A DNA stretch of 64,000 nucleotides from Coleofasciculus sp. B1-GNL1-01 (GCA_040220235.1 JAVJTO010000102.1); one strand, 5' to 3'. Shown: positions 20,197 to 31,157, counted from the stretch's first letter. A program made the numbers and translations. The notes: generated from the letters alone by a model not told the origin.

Positions 20197-21687
20197 ATGA
20201 CACCACGGGTTCGAGCACCAGAACTCCCCCAAGACGGCATCTGGTTAAATACCAATCACCCGCTTTCCCTGACGAATTTAAAAGGGCGAGTGGTGATTCT
20301 CGACTTTTGGACGTACTGCTGTATTAACTGTCTCCATGTTCTGCCAGACTTAAACTATTTAGAACAAAAATATAAAGATAGTCTGATTGTGATTGGTATT
20401 CACTCAGCTAAATTTGATAACGAAAAAGACACAGAAAATATTCGTCAGGCAATTCTTCGCTACGATGTCGAGCATCCCGTTGTTGTAGACGTTAATGGTA
20501 ATCTCTGGCAGCAGTATGCGGTTCGGGCGTGGCCCACATTAGTCGTGATTGACCCAGAAGGTTACGTGATTAGAGATGTGGCGGGCGAAGGGAATCGAGA
20601 GGTTCTCGATCAACTCATAGGAGAACTGATTCAGAAACACCAGCAAAAAGACACAATGACAATGGAGCCACTTCATTTCACGTTGGAAAAACAGCAACAT
20701 CCCCTCACTAATCCCTTGGCATTTCCCGGTAAAGTATTGGCTGATGAATTTAGCGATCGCCTATTTATTGCTGACTCTGGTCATCATCGGATTGTGGTGA
20801 GTACGTTGGCGGGTGAGGTGTTACATATTATTGGTACAGGTGAACCAGGATTAACCGATGGCACGTTTGCCGAAGCCCAATTTTTTGCGCCTCAAGGTAT
20901 CACCCTAGATCCCAACAACCAGCGTCTTTATGTAGCAGATACGGACAACCATTGCTTGCGCTGCATTCATCTAGAAACTGAGCAAGTTGAAACCCTTGCG
21001 GGTACGGGTGAGCAAAGTCGCCAGATTGAACCCCATAGTGGTTTAGGGTTACAAACAGCATTGAATTCACCGTGGGATCTTGAAAAAATTGATAATCGCC
21101 TGCTAATTGCCATGGCGGGTTCTCATCAAATCTGGGAAATGCAGCTTGAAACGGGTGAGATTGGCACATACACGGGGACAGGTGCAGAAGCCTGCTTAGA
21201 TGGTTCACTTCAGGAAGCCGCCTTTGCTCAACCCAGTGGGATTACCAGCGATGGTCGAGAACTTTACGTGGCTGATAGTGAAGTGAGTTCGATTCGGGGA
21301 GTGGGTCTAATTAATAATTTACCCGTGCGGACAATTTGTGGCAGTGGGGAACTGTTTGAATTTGGCGATCGCGATGGTAAAAAGTCAGAGGTACGACTCC
21401 AGCACTGTTTAGGGGTGGAATATACCCAAAATTACCTCTGGGTAGCAGATACTTATAATCACAAAATTAAGCGTGTCGATCCGACAACAGGGAGTTGTCA
21501 GACGTTGTTAGGGAACGGACAAGCGGGACACCGCGACGGTCAGAGTCATGAAGCAGAGTTTGCCGAACCTTCTGGAGTCAGTGCGATCGCGGCTCGTCTC
21601 TACATCGCTGATACGAATAATCATGCGATCCGTTGTGTTGATTTAGGCACGTTAGAAGTGACCACTTTAAATTTGAGCGGGTATTAG
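20197..21687 (+). CDS. Thioredoxin-like + NHL-repeat protein (NHLRC2/SOQ1-like)
   Basis: DFWTYCCINC motif; repeated IADxxNHxIR NHL blades. Confidence 0.92.
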   Translation: MTPRVRAPELPQDGIWLNTNHPLSLTNLKGRVVILDFWTYCCINCLHVLPDLNYLEQKYKDSLIVIGIHSAKFDNEKDTENIRQAILRYDVEHPVVVDVNGNLWQQYAVRAWPTLVVIDPEGYVIRDVAGEGNREVLDQLIGELIQKHQQKDTMTMEPLHFTLEKQQHPLTNPLAFPGKVLADEFSDRLFIADSGHHRIVVSTLAGEVLHIIGTGEPGLTDGTFAEAQFFAPQGITLDPNNQRLYVADTDNHCLRCIHLETEQVETLAGTGEQSRQIEPHSGLGLQTALNSPWDLEKIDNRLLIAMAGSHQIWEMQLETGEIGTYTGTGAEACLDGSLQEAAFAQPSGITSDGRELYVADSEVSSIRGVGLINNLPVRTICGSGELFEFGDRDGKKSEVRLQHCLGVEYTQNYLWVADTYNHKIKRVDPTTGSCQTLLGNGQAGHRDGQSHEAEFAEPSGVSAIAARLYIADTNNHAIRCVDLGTLEVTTLNLSGY

Positions 21688-21747
21688 GGCTGTTGCCTTT
21701 TCACTTAACTTTTTGTTCACCATTTATCTAAGATTACTGTATAGATA

Positions 21748-22114
21748 ATGACACTCTCTACGGAAAAAACTCCCCAACCATTCCACCAACTGAAGCAGAA
21801 GCGAATATTGCTCAAGCGAGTTATCAACTATTAGCATCTTATGTTCAAAACAACGGAAAACCTATCACTATTTAAGTGATACAAGAAGACGCTAAGCTGT
21901 TCGGCATTTAAACCTTAATATCAATAATGACAAAAGCCTTGTAGTGCGTTTAGCGAAGCCATGCCGCAGGCTTTGCATCTTGCTCGCTACTAATACCCAA
22001 TTTAAATGCATGACAGCTTACAAGCGAGACTGTGACGATTCCCGCCGCCACCTTTCATCGGTTAGTTGAGACTTTGACACAGATGAGTCAAGGGCATGAA
22101 GTCAAGGTAACATA
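21748..22114 (+). pseudogene. Remnant of an excisionase-family (HTH_17-associated) DNA-binding gene, interrupted by a MITE
   Basis: Reads PPTEAEANIAQASYQLLA...QEDA|TSETVTIPAATFHRLVETLTQMSQGHEV in one frame after MITE removal; frameshift and in-frame TAA. Confidence 0.6.
21893..22020. mobile_element. 128-bp TA-flanked MITE (IS630/Tc1-mariner style), copy 1
   Basis: TIR taagctgt..gcatttaaa / tttaaatgc..acagctta; near-identical to 37633-37760. Confidence 0.9.
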
Positions 22115-22205
22115 ACACTGCTAAAAGATTGCAATTTACGTCGAGAGGGATTAAATTGCAAACTTAAGATATGACCTTCACAGTTTCTTTACTTGATTAT
22201 CATCT

Positions 22206-23510
22206 GTGAATCACACTGAAACTCGACAACTCGGCTTCTTTTCCCTCGCCGCTTTACTGGTATCGGCACATTATGGTTTGGGATTTGTTCTCGGAACCGC
22301 CGAAAAAGCCTTGACCTTGGGTTGGGCGGGTAGCCTCTATCCGATTTCTATTGCCCTAGGAACCCTTATTCTCCTGGGATTTGCCCGATTCTATTGGCGG
22401 TCAGTTGAACCAATCTGGACGCTACTGGGGAAACGCTACGGACATCCCGTCAAAGTGCTGGTGGGAATCATGTCCTGGTTATCGCTAATTGGGATTTTTG
22501 CGGTGCAAATTATTGCGGGCGCATTTATCCTCAAAGTCTTAGATTTACCCGTACAGCCCAGTATGCTAGGCTTAGCTCTAGTCTTTCTGCTCTCTTCTAT
22601 ACTGCCGATTGAGAAAGCCAGTTGGCTATTCCGGGGATTGTTGGGGTTCAATATCCTGGCATTATTGTACGCGATCGCGAAATTGCACGCTGTTCCTCTC
22701 TATTTGCACGCCCCAGTGGATTTCATCCCCGCCCTGCACCAGATGAGTCCCCCAGCTTTAATCGGCATCTCTTTATCCACAGTCTTGCTGGTGTTAATTG
22801 ATATGAAATATCACCAGTTTGTCGTGCAAGCGAGGAATATGCGTAGCCTTTATATTGGCTGTGTCTTGGCGGCTATCTTATTCCTATTTCTGGCATTGTT
22901 ACCCTCTGCTGTAGTGATTGCTACCAAAACTGCCGGAATTTTACCCACCGATATTGATGGCAAAGCAATCATTCCTTGGCTTTTCTTATGGCTAGGTGGA
23001 GGCGCAAACCACTTGGGGGGACAGTTATTGATTTTATCCTTAATTGTACCCGCTTTAGGAGTCGGAAGTAGTATTTTGCGGGTGCAGACGAAGGTGGTTT
23101 TGGACTTTGAGTTGATTCCCGATTCTCAACTGAATCGGCTACTCGTTGCTATCACCAATACCGGATTAGGACTAGCTGTCGCGTTGAAGGGGGGTTCAAT
23201 TATTAGTCTCATTGTCTTATTTTATGCCGTATATGTGGCAACCGTTTGGGTTCCTTTTGCCGCTTACCTCGTCGCTGAAACTGGACGCTATACGTTTACC
23301 GCGAGTAGTGTTCGGCTGGCATTAATTATTAGTGGTGTATCATCAGTGGCAATGCTAATCTTGAGCTTGATCAAACCGGAAGCCGCTTTTTTTAACAGTG
23401 CCGAGTTAAGTATTATTCTGTTGGGTATTGGCTTTGGGTGCTTGGGATTAGGTTTAGGTGAGATCATTGAGAAGTATTTGCCTATTTCTCCGATCAAAGA
23501 AGAATTATAA
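22206..23510 (+). CDS. Multi-pass membrane transporter, sodium:solute symporter-like
   Basis: About 13 hydrophobic segments; SAHYGLGFVLG and LLGKRYG resemble SSS family motifs. Confidence 0.65.
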   Translation: MNHTETRQLGFFSLAALLVSAHYGLGFVLGTAEKALTLGWAGSLYPISIALGTLILLGFARFYWRSVEPIWTLLGKRYGHPVKVLVGIMSWLSLIGIFAVQIIAGAFILKVLDLPVQPSMLGLALVFLLSSILPIEKASWLFRGLLGFNILALLYAIAKLHAVPLYLHAPVDFIPALHQMSPPALIGISLSTVLLVLIDMKYHQFVVQARNMRSLYIGCVLAAILFLFLALLPSAVVIATKTAGILPTDIDGKAIIPWLFLWLGGGANHLGGQLLILSLIVPALGVGSSILRVQTKVVLDFELIPDSQLNRLLVAITNTGLGLAVALKGGSIISLIVLFYAVYVATVWVPFAAYLVAETGRYTFTASSVRLALIISGVSSVAMLILSLIKPEAAFFNSAELSIILLGIGFGCLGLGLGEIIEKYLPISPIKEEL

Positions 23511-23653
23511 GTCATTTTTCATTTGTCCTCCGTCCTTTGTCATCCGTTTTGATGTATCACCGCCAGAAAGATGTAAGATTAGCGATCGCCTGCGGTAGGT
23601 TACGCGATCGCGCTGTAGAGATAAGGATCGCGCTAAAATAACCCTGATATCCA

Positions 23654-23893
23654 ATGGTTGAAGTCAAAATGGAAGTTTTTCAACTGACAACTACTGTCAA
23701 TGCCTCCGGTCATTTAGTTCTTGATATTCCCACACAACTCTCTCCAGGCCCCGTGAATATTGTGCTGGTACTCAGTTCATCTGTTGGATCTAAAGTGCCA
23801 AACCAGAACTATGATTTTTCTGATTTGGCAGGGCGACTGAATTGGCGAGGAGATGCAGTAGCCATACAAAGGGCTTTACGAGATGAGTGGTAA
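23654..23893 (+). CDS. Putative VapB-type antitoxin
   Basis: C-terminal FSDLAG..W.GDAVAIQRALRDEW overlapping the PIN gene. Confidence 0.8.
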   Translation: MVEVKMEVFQLTTTVNASGHLVLDIPTQLSPGPVNIVLVLSSSVGSKVPNQNYDFSDLAGRLNWRGDAVAIQRALRDEW

Positions 23894-24260
23894 TCGCTAT
23901 GTACTGGATACGAATGCTATCGTTGCTTTATTACAAGGCAATCTCCAATTGGTTCAATTACTCCAGAATGCTAGTTGGATTGGTATTTCGATTATTAGCC
24001 AGATTGAGTTTCTGGTGTTTTCTGGACTAACTGAAGCGGATCGCCAGCTTTTCCAACAATTTGTTCAACGAGTGGAGGTTGTGGGTTTAACAGCAGGTGA
24101 TGCAACCTTGATTGAGAAGATTATCGAAATTCGTCAGCAATATCGCTTGAAACTACCCGATGCCACAATTGCAGCGATCGCAATCCAAAATAGAGCAAGT
24201 TTGGTAACGGCTGATCGGGAGTTCTCAAAAGTCACGCAGTTGACAGTTACCACTTGGTAG
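23883..24260 (+). CDS. VapC PIN-domain toxin
   Basis: YVLDTN, ISQIE, LKLPDATIAA, LVTADREF acidic PIN residues. Confidence 0.92.
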   Translation: MSGNRYVLDTNAIVALLQGNLQLVQLLQNASWIGISIISQIEFLVFSGLTEADRQLFQQFVQRVEVVGLTAGDATLIEKIIEIRQQYRLKLPDATIAAIAIQNRASLVTADREFSKVTQLTVTTW

Positions 24261-24400
24261 TGAGTCATTGTTGGATCTGAAACTTGATCTAGGTTGCTCA
24301 ATTGCTCGATCAGTTACCAATTAATGGAATGGTGCGTTCTGATCAAGATGTTTGGTTTGAGAGCAGGGGTTGAATTCAGGAACGCACCCTACAAGATTAG

Positions 24401-24760
24401 CTAGTCAGATTTCTGCTGTTGATCGGGAAACTTACACTTGACTTCAATTTCAAAATGACCCTCGGCTGAACTTTGAGTAATAAAAGGAACCCCAGTCTGA
24501 CCAGCTAGTTTAATCCCAAATTTTATCGTCACTTCTTCAATTTGAGCATCGGTAAAATTTTTAAATGCTCCCAGCGCAAATTTGGTGTAGCCGCGAATCC
24601 TTTGGTGAACTTTTTGAATGTCAACTTTTGGTTTTAGCGCACGGGTTCCTGGTTCCTCTTCGTCTAATTCTGCTGGAAGTTCAGTGTCTATTTTTGATTC
24701 AATAAACAATTCGTATTCCTGATCGTCCTCTCTAACAAGCAGGCGTTCTATGTCTGACAT
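24401..24760 (-). CDS. Trypco1 (CU044_2847-like) peptidase co-occurring protein
   Basis: EEVTIKFGIKLAGQTGVPFITQSSAEGHFEIEVK C-terminal pattern. Confidence 0.75.
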   Translation of the reverse strand: MSDIERLLVREDDQEYELFIESKIDTELPAELDEEEPGTRALKPKVDIQKVHQRIRGYTKFALGAFKNFTDAQIEEVTIKFGIKLAGQTGVPFITQSSAEGHFEIEVKCKFPDQQQKSD

Positions 24761-24835
24761 GAGTAGCCTCGGTTAGTTTATAATTGCTATCTTAGTAAAG
24801 ATATTCTACACCTTCTAACTATCAGGTTGGGCAAG

Positions 24836-27800
24836 ATGGCTCGATACGCACTGGTGATTGGTATTGCCAATTACAATAACTTTAACAGTTTAGAGAAAGC
24901 AGTTGTTGATGCCGAAGCGATCGCGCAGCGTTTAGAACGCCATGGAAACTTCCAGGAGGTAAAGCGTCTACCTCGTAAGTGGCTGAACGATGAAAATCGC
25001 TGGGCGGTAGCTAGTGACAAGAAGCTCAAAGGGAAGGAACTGGGTGATGAACTGAGAACCTTTCTCTTAGAGCAAGCCGTTAAAAATGAAGCCGTAATCT
25101 ATTTTGCAGGGCATGGCTTCCCGGTGTCAAGTTGTCTGGGAGTAGCGGAGGGATATTTGGCAACCTCCGATTGTACCAACGATGGGCGCAATGCCATTTT
25201 ATTACGGCATCTAAATGCGTTAATTGCTCAATCTGACCTCAGTAGTCTAGTCATACTCCTAGATTGCTGTTATGCTGGCACGTTACTAGAAAAGCAGCTA
25301 CTACAGCCCACCTTTACGGCTTTTAATACGAAGCGAGATTATTACCTAATTACAGCCTGTCGAGGGTTTGAAAAAGCCTATGAAGGTGAAGACCACGGTT
25401 ATTTTACCCGAGCGATTCTCAAAGGACTATCTGTAGAGAACGCGGATGAAAAGGGGCAAGTTAGTGGCGATCGTTTATTTGATTTTATTGCCTCAGAACT
25501 TAAGGGTAGTGGGCAAGAACCAATTCGTCTGGGATGGGGACGTTGTATTACTCTAGTCCAGTATCCGCACAAACAGACAACTAGAGTAATTGATGAAACT
25601 TGTCCCTATCAGGGTTTAAAAGCTTTTGACAAAGAGCAGGCGCAGTTCTTTTTTGGGCGAGAGAAGGTTGTTCAACAATTGATAGAAAAGCTGCTTAAAG
25701 CAAATTTTGTGCCAATTATTGGGGCGTCTGGGAGTGGAAAATCATCAGTAGTTAGGGCAGGATTGATTCCTCAGTTAGAGAAAAACGGTTGGCGAGTCTT
25801 AGAACCAATATTACCAGGAATTGAGCCGTTAGCTGAATTGAAACGGGCTTTAATAACGCTATTTGAGCGTTCAAATTTTCGGGAGATTTACTCTTGGATC
25901 GAGACAGAGGGTTTACGTCCAGTTATTGAAAAGTTACCGAATGAGGAACCTTTTTTGCTGATCATAGACCAATTTGAGGAAGTATTCACAGTTTGTTTCA
26001 AAGAGAAAGAAAGACACCAGTTTATTGAATTACTCACTCAGGTTACGGAAATTCCTGATTCGCCCTTGGCAATTGTAATCACGATGCGAGCAGATTTTCT
26101 GGAACCCTGTTTGCATTATGAATCACTGACTCACCTGATTCAACACGAAGCCTTATATATGCCTCCATTGGTGGGTGCAGAATTAGAGGAAGCGATCGCG
26201 ACACCTGCCAATCTCCAAGGTTATCAGTTGGAAACAGGACTCTTGGGAGCTATTCTACAAGATGTCGGTCAAGAAAAGGGTTGTTTACCTCTATTACAGT
26301 TTGCGCTAACAGAACTTTGGCAGCAGCGAGACCGAGAAACTCATCAATTAACATTAACCAATTATAATAAACTGGGTGGAGTAATTGGAGCGCTCAATCG
26401 TCATGCCCAAACCTTGTATAAAGACTTTACAGAACAAGAACAAGAATGGGTTAAGCAAATTTTTCTCAAGCTAGTGCGAACGGGGGTACAAGAGAAGGAT
26501 ACACGGCAACGACAGCCAAAAGCCAAACTACTCGCGATCGCCGGAGATAACCAGACTCACCAAAATACTATTAGCAAAGTCCTTGACAAGTTGGTTGATG
26601 GACGGTTGTTAGTCACCAATCGAGATGTAGAAGAATGGGTGGATGTAGCTCATGAAGCTTTGATGGATGGATGGGAAACTTTTGCTCAATGGCGTCAAGA
26701 AAATCGGGAACTACGGCGATTGATTGACAGAATGGAAGATGCTTATCAAGAATGGAAAAAGCATCCAATCGATCAAAATTTAATTATGGGTGGCTTGCTC
26801 GTGCAAGCGCGGAAAAAATGGCAAGAACTGAAATTAAATTTAGATGATGAACTGGTGTTATTTTACAAAATTAGCATTTTTTATGAACAAGATATAATTA
26901 GTACTGTAGAAGGATTGAGAACTGAATCAAAGTTGCGAGAACAAGCAATTAAGGTTTCTAACTTACTGCCGCTAAAACCTCTAGAGGGTTTGTTACTGGC
27001 AATTGGATCAATGGGTTTTAATTTGAACAAATTGCCACAACAGATTCTCACTCCAGTTCTGTCTAACCTCAGTCAAGCAATGGAACTAAGCCGAGTCCCA
27101 ATTCTTTGCCACGGGCATGAAAATTTCATTTTGTCAGTTGCTTTTAGTCCAAATGGTCAGATGATTGCCACTAGCGGCGTAGACAAGACCGTGCGCCTGT
27201 GGAATTTACAGGGTCAACCTATTGGTCAACCCTTTCAAGGACACGAGGCTGCCATCCATTCAGTCGCTTTTAGTCCAGATGGGCAAACAATTGTTAGTGG
27301 AGGTGAGGACAAAACCATCCGCTTGTGGAATCTACAGGGTCAACCTATTGGTCAACCCTTCCAAGGACACGAGGATTCCATCCATTCAGTCGCTTTTAGT
27401 CCAGATGGGCAAATAATCGTTAGTGGAGGTGAAGACAAAACCATCCGCTTGTGGAATTTACAGGGTCAACCTATTGGTCAACCCTTTCAAGGACATGATA
27501 GTTCCGTCTATTCAGTCGCGTTCAGCCCAGATGGGAACATGATTGCGAGTGGCAGTTGGGATAAGACAGTGCGCTTGTGGAATTTACAGGGGCAACCTAT
27601 TGGTCAACCCTTTCAAGGACATAAGACTTCTGTTAGATCAGTAACCTTTAGTCCAGATGGGAACATAATTGCGAGTGGCAGTGGGGATAAGACAGTGCGT
27701 TTGTGGAATTTACAGGGGCAACCTATTGGTCAACCTTTCCAAGGACATGAGAATAACGTTATGTCTGTAGCCTTTAGTCCAGATGGGCAAATCATTGCCA

Positions 27801-28999
27801 GTGGCAGTTGGGATAAGACAGTGCGCTTGTGGAATTTACAAGGGCAACCTATTGGTCAACCTTTCCAAGGACATAACGATTCCGTTAGTTCAGTTGCCTT
27901 TAGTCCAGATGGACAGATGATGGCTAGTACCAGTGGCAGTTGGGACAAGATAGTATACCTGTGGGACTTACGGAGTCACCTCATCGGTCAATCGTTCCGG
28001 GGACATGAGGGTGCTGTTAATTCAGTAGCTTTTAGCCCTAATGGGCAAATAATTGTTAGTGGCGGTGAGGATAAAACCTTACGTCTATGGGATTTACAGG
28101 GCAATCTAATTAGCACACCCTTTCAGGGACATGAGAATAATGTTACGTCTGTAGCCGTTAGCCCAGACGGTCAAATGATAATTAGTGGTAGTTGGGATGG
28201 GACAATACGTTTGTGGGACTTACAAGGTAACCTGATTAATCCACCATTTCGGGGACATACAGATTCTGTTTGGTCTGTAGCCTTTAGCCCCAATGGTCAA
28301 ATGATTGTTAGTGGCAGTAGAGATTGGACAGTGCGCTTATGGGATTTGCAGGGTAACCCAATTAGCCAATCCTTAAAAGGACATCCACATTCTGTGAGAT
28401 CTGTAGCCGTTAGCCCAGATGGTCAGATCATTGCTAGTGGTAGTTGGGATAAAACAATTCAGTTATGGAATTTACAATGTGAGCCAATTAATAAAGGATT
28501 TAAATTTAGAGGACATCAGTCTTCTGTATTCTGTGTTGCTTTTAGCCCAAATGGTCAAACCATTGTTAGTGGTAGTCGGGATAGGACAGTACGCTTGTGG
28601 GACGTACAGGGCAATCCCATTGGTCAACCTTTCCAAGGACATGAGTTTCCTGTGACTTCCGTTGCTTTTAATCCAGATGGTCAATCGATCGTTAGTGGTA
28701 GTGAGGATGGAACAGTACGTTTGTGGGACTTGCAAGGCAACCCCATTGGTAAACCATTCCAAAAGCATGAGGGAGCGGTGAGGTCAGTTGCTTTTAGTCC
28801 AGATGGTCAAATGGTGGTTAGTGGTAGTAGCGATGGGACGATATGTTTATGGCGTGGTCATTGGCGGGCATGGTTAAACGTTTGCTGCGATCGCCTCCGC
28901 TATCATCCTGTCTTCCAAAACCCTCAAACTGAAGTAGACAATCAAGCCTACGAAACCTGTCGTCAGTATGTTTGGGATACCTATAATTTGATTGATTAG
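24836..28999 (+). CDS. Caspase (C14) - nSTAND1 NTPase - 14 WD40 repeat protein
   Basis: YFAGHG/LDCC dyad; CPYQGL..F..FFGRE, GASGSGKSS, IDQFEE, LPLLQFAL; 14 GH..WD repeats. Confidence 0.93.
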   Translation: MARYALVIGIANYNNFNSLEKAVVDAEAIAQRLERHGNFQEVKRLPRKWLNDENRWAVASDKKLKGKELGDELRTFLLEQAVKNEAVIYFAGHGFPVSSCLGVAEGYLATSDCTNDGRNAILLRHLNALIAQSDLSSLVILLDCCYAGTLLEKQLLQPTFTAFNTKRDYYLITACRGFEKAYEGEDHGYFTRAILKGLSVENADEKGQVSGDRLFDFIASELKGSGQEPIRLGWGRCITLVQYPHKQTTRVIDETCPYQGLKAFDKEQAQFFFGREKVVQQLIEKLLKANFVPIIGASGSGKSSVVRAGLIPQLEKNGWRVLEPILPGIEPLAELKRALITLFERSNFREIYSWIETEGLRPVIEKLPNEEPFLLIIDQFEEVFTVCFKEKERHQFIELLTQVTEIPDSPLAIVITMRADFLEPCLHYESLTHLIQHEALYMPPLVGAELEEAIATPANLQGYQLETGLLGAILQDVGQEKGCLPLLQFALTELWQQRDRETHQLTLTNYNKLGGVIGALNRHAQTLYKDFTEQEQEWVKQIFLKLVRTGVQEKDTRQRQPKAKLLAIAGDNQTHQNTISKVLDKLVDGRLLVTNRDVEEWVDVAHEALMDGWETFAQWRQENRELRRLIDRMEDAYQEWKKHPIDQNLIMGGLLVQARKKWQELKLNLDDELVLFYKISIFYEQDIISTVEGLRTESKLREQAIKVSNLLPLKPLEGLLLAIGSMGFNLNKLPQQILTPVLSNLSQAMELSRVPILCHGHENFILSVAFSPNGQMIATSGVDKTVRLWNLQGQPIGQPFQGHEAAIHSVAFSPDGQTIVSGGEDKTIRLWNLQGQPIGQPFQGHEDSIHSVAFSPDGQIIVSGGEDKTIRLWNLQGQPIGQPFQGHDSSVYSVAFSPDGNMIASGSWDKTVRLWNLQGQPIGQPFQGHKTSVRSVTFSPDGNIIASGSGDKTVRLWNLQGQPIGQPFQGHENNVMSVAFSPDGQIIASGSWDKTVRLWNLQGQPIGQPFQGHNDSVSSVAFSPDGQMMASTSGSWDKIVYLWDLRSHLIGQSFRGHEGAVNSVAFSPNGQIIVSGGEDKTLRLWDLQGNLISTPFQGHENNVTSVAVSPDGQMIISGSWDGTIRLWDLQGNLINPPFRGHTDSVWSVAFSPNGQMIVSGSRDWTVRLWDLQGNPISQSLKGHPHSVRSVAVSPDGQIIASGSWDKTIQLWNLQCEPINKGFKFRGHQSSVFCVAFSPNGQTIVSGSRDRTVRLWDVQGNPIGQPFQGHEFPVTSVAFNPDGQSIVSGSEDGTVRLWDLQGNPIGKPFQKHEGAVRSVAFSPDGQMVVSGSSDGTICLWRGHWRAWLNVCCDRLRYHPVFQNPQTEVDNQAYETCRQYVWDTYNLID
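27113..28851 (+). repeat. 126-bp period WD40-coding tandem repeats
   Basis: ggacacgag at 27239 and 27365; tgtggaatttacagggNcaacctattggtcaaccNttNcaaggaca recurs six times. Confidence 0.95.
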
Positions 29000-29066
29000 G
29001 CTTGCGTGCAGAAATTGTAGGGGCGCAAGGCTTGCGCCCGATTTAATCAATGCTGCAATAGATTTT

Positions 29067-29172
29067 TATAGCACTACGCACACAGGTTAGGACGTCACTG
29101 AATCCCAGTCATGAACTGATAATAGGCAATAAGGAACTGTAAAATCTCCTAACCTGCCTTGGTAAGGCTATA
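29067..29172. mobile_element. TA-flanked MITE (tatagcactacgca...gctata)
   Basis: Same left end and ggttaggac as 48287-48400. Confidence 0.75.
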
Positions 29173-29182
29173 CAGTTAAATC

Positions 29183-29252
29183 GGGCGCACGTCTGTGCAA
29201 TAAAAGGGCGCACGTCTGTGCAATAAAAGGGCGCACGTCTGTGCGCCCCTAC
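29183..29252. repeat. Three tandem 23-bp units gggcgcacgtctgtgc(aataaaa)
   Basis: Direct reading; the last unit completes a REP palindrome (gcgcccctac). Confidence 0.9.
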
Positions 29253-29348
29253 TGTTTGTGGACATCATTCTAATCACTAAAATTAGGCGTGCTACGCCAG
29301 TAGAGACGTTGCAGGCAACGTCTCTACAATATTGCCAACACGAACGAT

Positions 29349-31157
29349 CTACTTGACCCCAGACGCTTTCTTCGGCTTATAGGTAGAAACAACGTGCAAT
29401 TCTTTCAACTGCTTTTCTCCCACCTGGGCGGGTGCTTCCGTTAACAAACAACTGGCTTGCTGCGTCTTGGGAAAGGCAATCACATCCCGAATTGATTCTT
29501 CCCCAGCTAACAACATAACCAACCGATCTAAGCCATAGGCAATTCCACCATGAGGGGGTGCGCCATAATCAAAGGCTTCCAGTAAGAAACCAAACTTATT
29601 TTGAGCCTCTTCTGGCGATAATCCAATTGCCTCAAATACCCGTTTCTGAATATCCGGCTGGTAAATCCGCAAACTGCCACCGCCGACTTCATAGCCGTTA
29701 TACACTAAATCATACGCTTGCGCCCTTGCTGTTTTCAGATCATCGATATCATCGGGGTGCGGCGCGGTAAAGGGGTGATGAATTGCCTCTAAGCGCTTCT
29801 CATCCGCATTCCATTCAAACATGGGATAGTCTGTCACCCAGAGTAAATTAATTTTCGTTGGGTTAATCAGTCCCAACTCCTGACCCAATACCTGGCGCAG
29901 GCGATCTAAGGTTTTATTCACTACATCCGTATCCCCGGCACCAAACAGGAGTAAATAACCGGGTTTAGCCCCTGTCATTTCCAGCAGTTTCTGTTTCTGT
30001 TCCTCAGTGAGATTATCTTTAATCGCCCCAATCGTATCAATTTCCCAGTTATCTCGCACCCGAATATAAGCTAAACCTTTAGCACCTGCGGCGGCGGCTT
30101 CGTTAAATAAGTCTCCACTCTTACCCGGTTTAATTCGCACGTTGGAAATTTTGTCGTTACCGCCAGGAATGGGCAAAACTTTTACCTTACCCCCAGCCGC
30201 CACTGCACCGGAAAAGACTTTAAATCCTGAATCTTTCAGCAATTCCGAAACATCCACCAATTCCAAGCCAAAGCGGGTATCCGGTTTATCCGTACCGTAG
30301 CGTTCCATGACTTCGGCGTAGGTAAAACGGGGAAAAGGGCGGGGAATGTCTATCCCTTTTACGGTTTTAAAGATATGACAGACCAAGCCTTCATTAAGCT
30401 GAAGAATCTCATCCTGGGACATGAAACTCATTTCCATGTCCAACTGGGTAAACTCCGGCTGACGATCTGCCCGATTATCTTCATCCCGGAAGCAACGGGC
30501 AATCTGATAGTAACGGTCTAATCCAGCAACCATCAATAATTGCTTGAATAATTGCGGGGATTGTGGTAAAGCATACCATTGTCCGGGATTCACGCGAGAC
30601 GGCACCAAATAATCTCTCGCCCCTTCCGGTGTGGAACGGGTTAACATTGGGGTTTCCACCTCAATGAAATGTTGCTCATCTTCTAAATACCGACGAATCG
30701 CCTTAATCACCTGATGGCGCAATTCTATATTTTGGCGCATGCGATCGCGGCGAATATCCAGATACCGATATTTGAGCCGTAAGTCTTCCCGCACGGCTTC
30801 GGCGTCAGCAGTAGACACCTGAAACGGTAACTGCTTCCGCACCGTATTTAACGGGTTAATCTGATCTGCATACACTTCCACTTCACCCGTGGATAAGTTC
30901 GGGTTGAGCGACTCATCGGGACGCCGACTCACACGCCCGGTAATTTGTACCACATATTCATTCCGCACGGCTTCTGCATTCTGATAAGAATCCGGCGTGC
31001 GCTGAGGATCACTAACAATCTGCACAATACCCGTGCGATCGCGCAAATCTAAAAATATCACCCCCCCGTGGTCACGTCGCCGATCTACCCAACCACAGAG
31101 GGTAACGGTTTCACCAACATGGTTACTTCGCAATTCGCCGCAATAATGAGTCCGCAT
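29349..31157 (-). CDS. aspS: Aspartate--tRNA ligase
   Basis: [45 protein letters not shown]. Confidence 0.99.
   Translation of the reverse strand: MRTHYCGELRSNHVGETVTLCGWVDRRRDHGGVIFLDLRDRTGIVQIVSDPQRTPDSYQNAEAVRNEYVVQITGRVSRRPDESLNPNLSTGEVEVYADQINPLNTVRKQLPFQVSTADAEAVREDLRLKYRYLDIRRDRMRQNIELRHQVIKAIRRYLEDEQHFIEVETPMLTRSTPEGARDYLVPSRVNPGQWYALPQSPQLFKQLLMVAGLDRYYQIARCFRDEDNRADRQPEFTQLDMEMSFMSQDEILQLNEGLVCHIFKTVKGIDIPRPFPRFTYAEVMERYGTDKPDTRFGLELVDVSELLKDSGFKVFSGAVAAGGKVKVLPIPGGNDKISNVRIKPGKSGDLFNEAAAAGAKGLAYIRVRDNWEIDTIGAIKDNLTEEQKQKLLEMTGAKPGYLLLFGAGDTDVVNKTLDRLRQVLGQELGLINPTKINLLWVTDYPMFEWNADEKRLEAIHHPFTAPHPDDIDDLKTARAQAYDLVYNGYEVGGGSLRIYQPDIQKRVFEAIGLSPEEAQNKFGFLLEAFDYGAPPHGGIAYGLDRLVMLLAGEESIRDVIAFPKTQQASCLLTEAPAQVGEKQLKELHVVSTYKPKKASGVK

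Noticed and set aside
27113..28851. Diversity-generating retroelement target
   Set aside because: No reverse transcriptase, and variation is not adenine-restricted; tandem WD40 coding explains it.
29183..29252. Three 23-bp repeats as mini-CRISPR
   Set aside because: The intervening sequence is identical, with no unique spacers; slippage of a REP arm.
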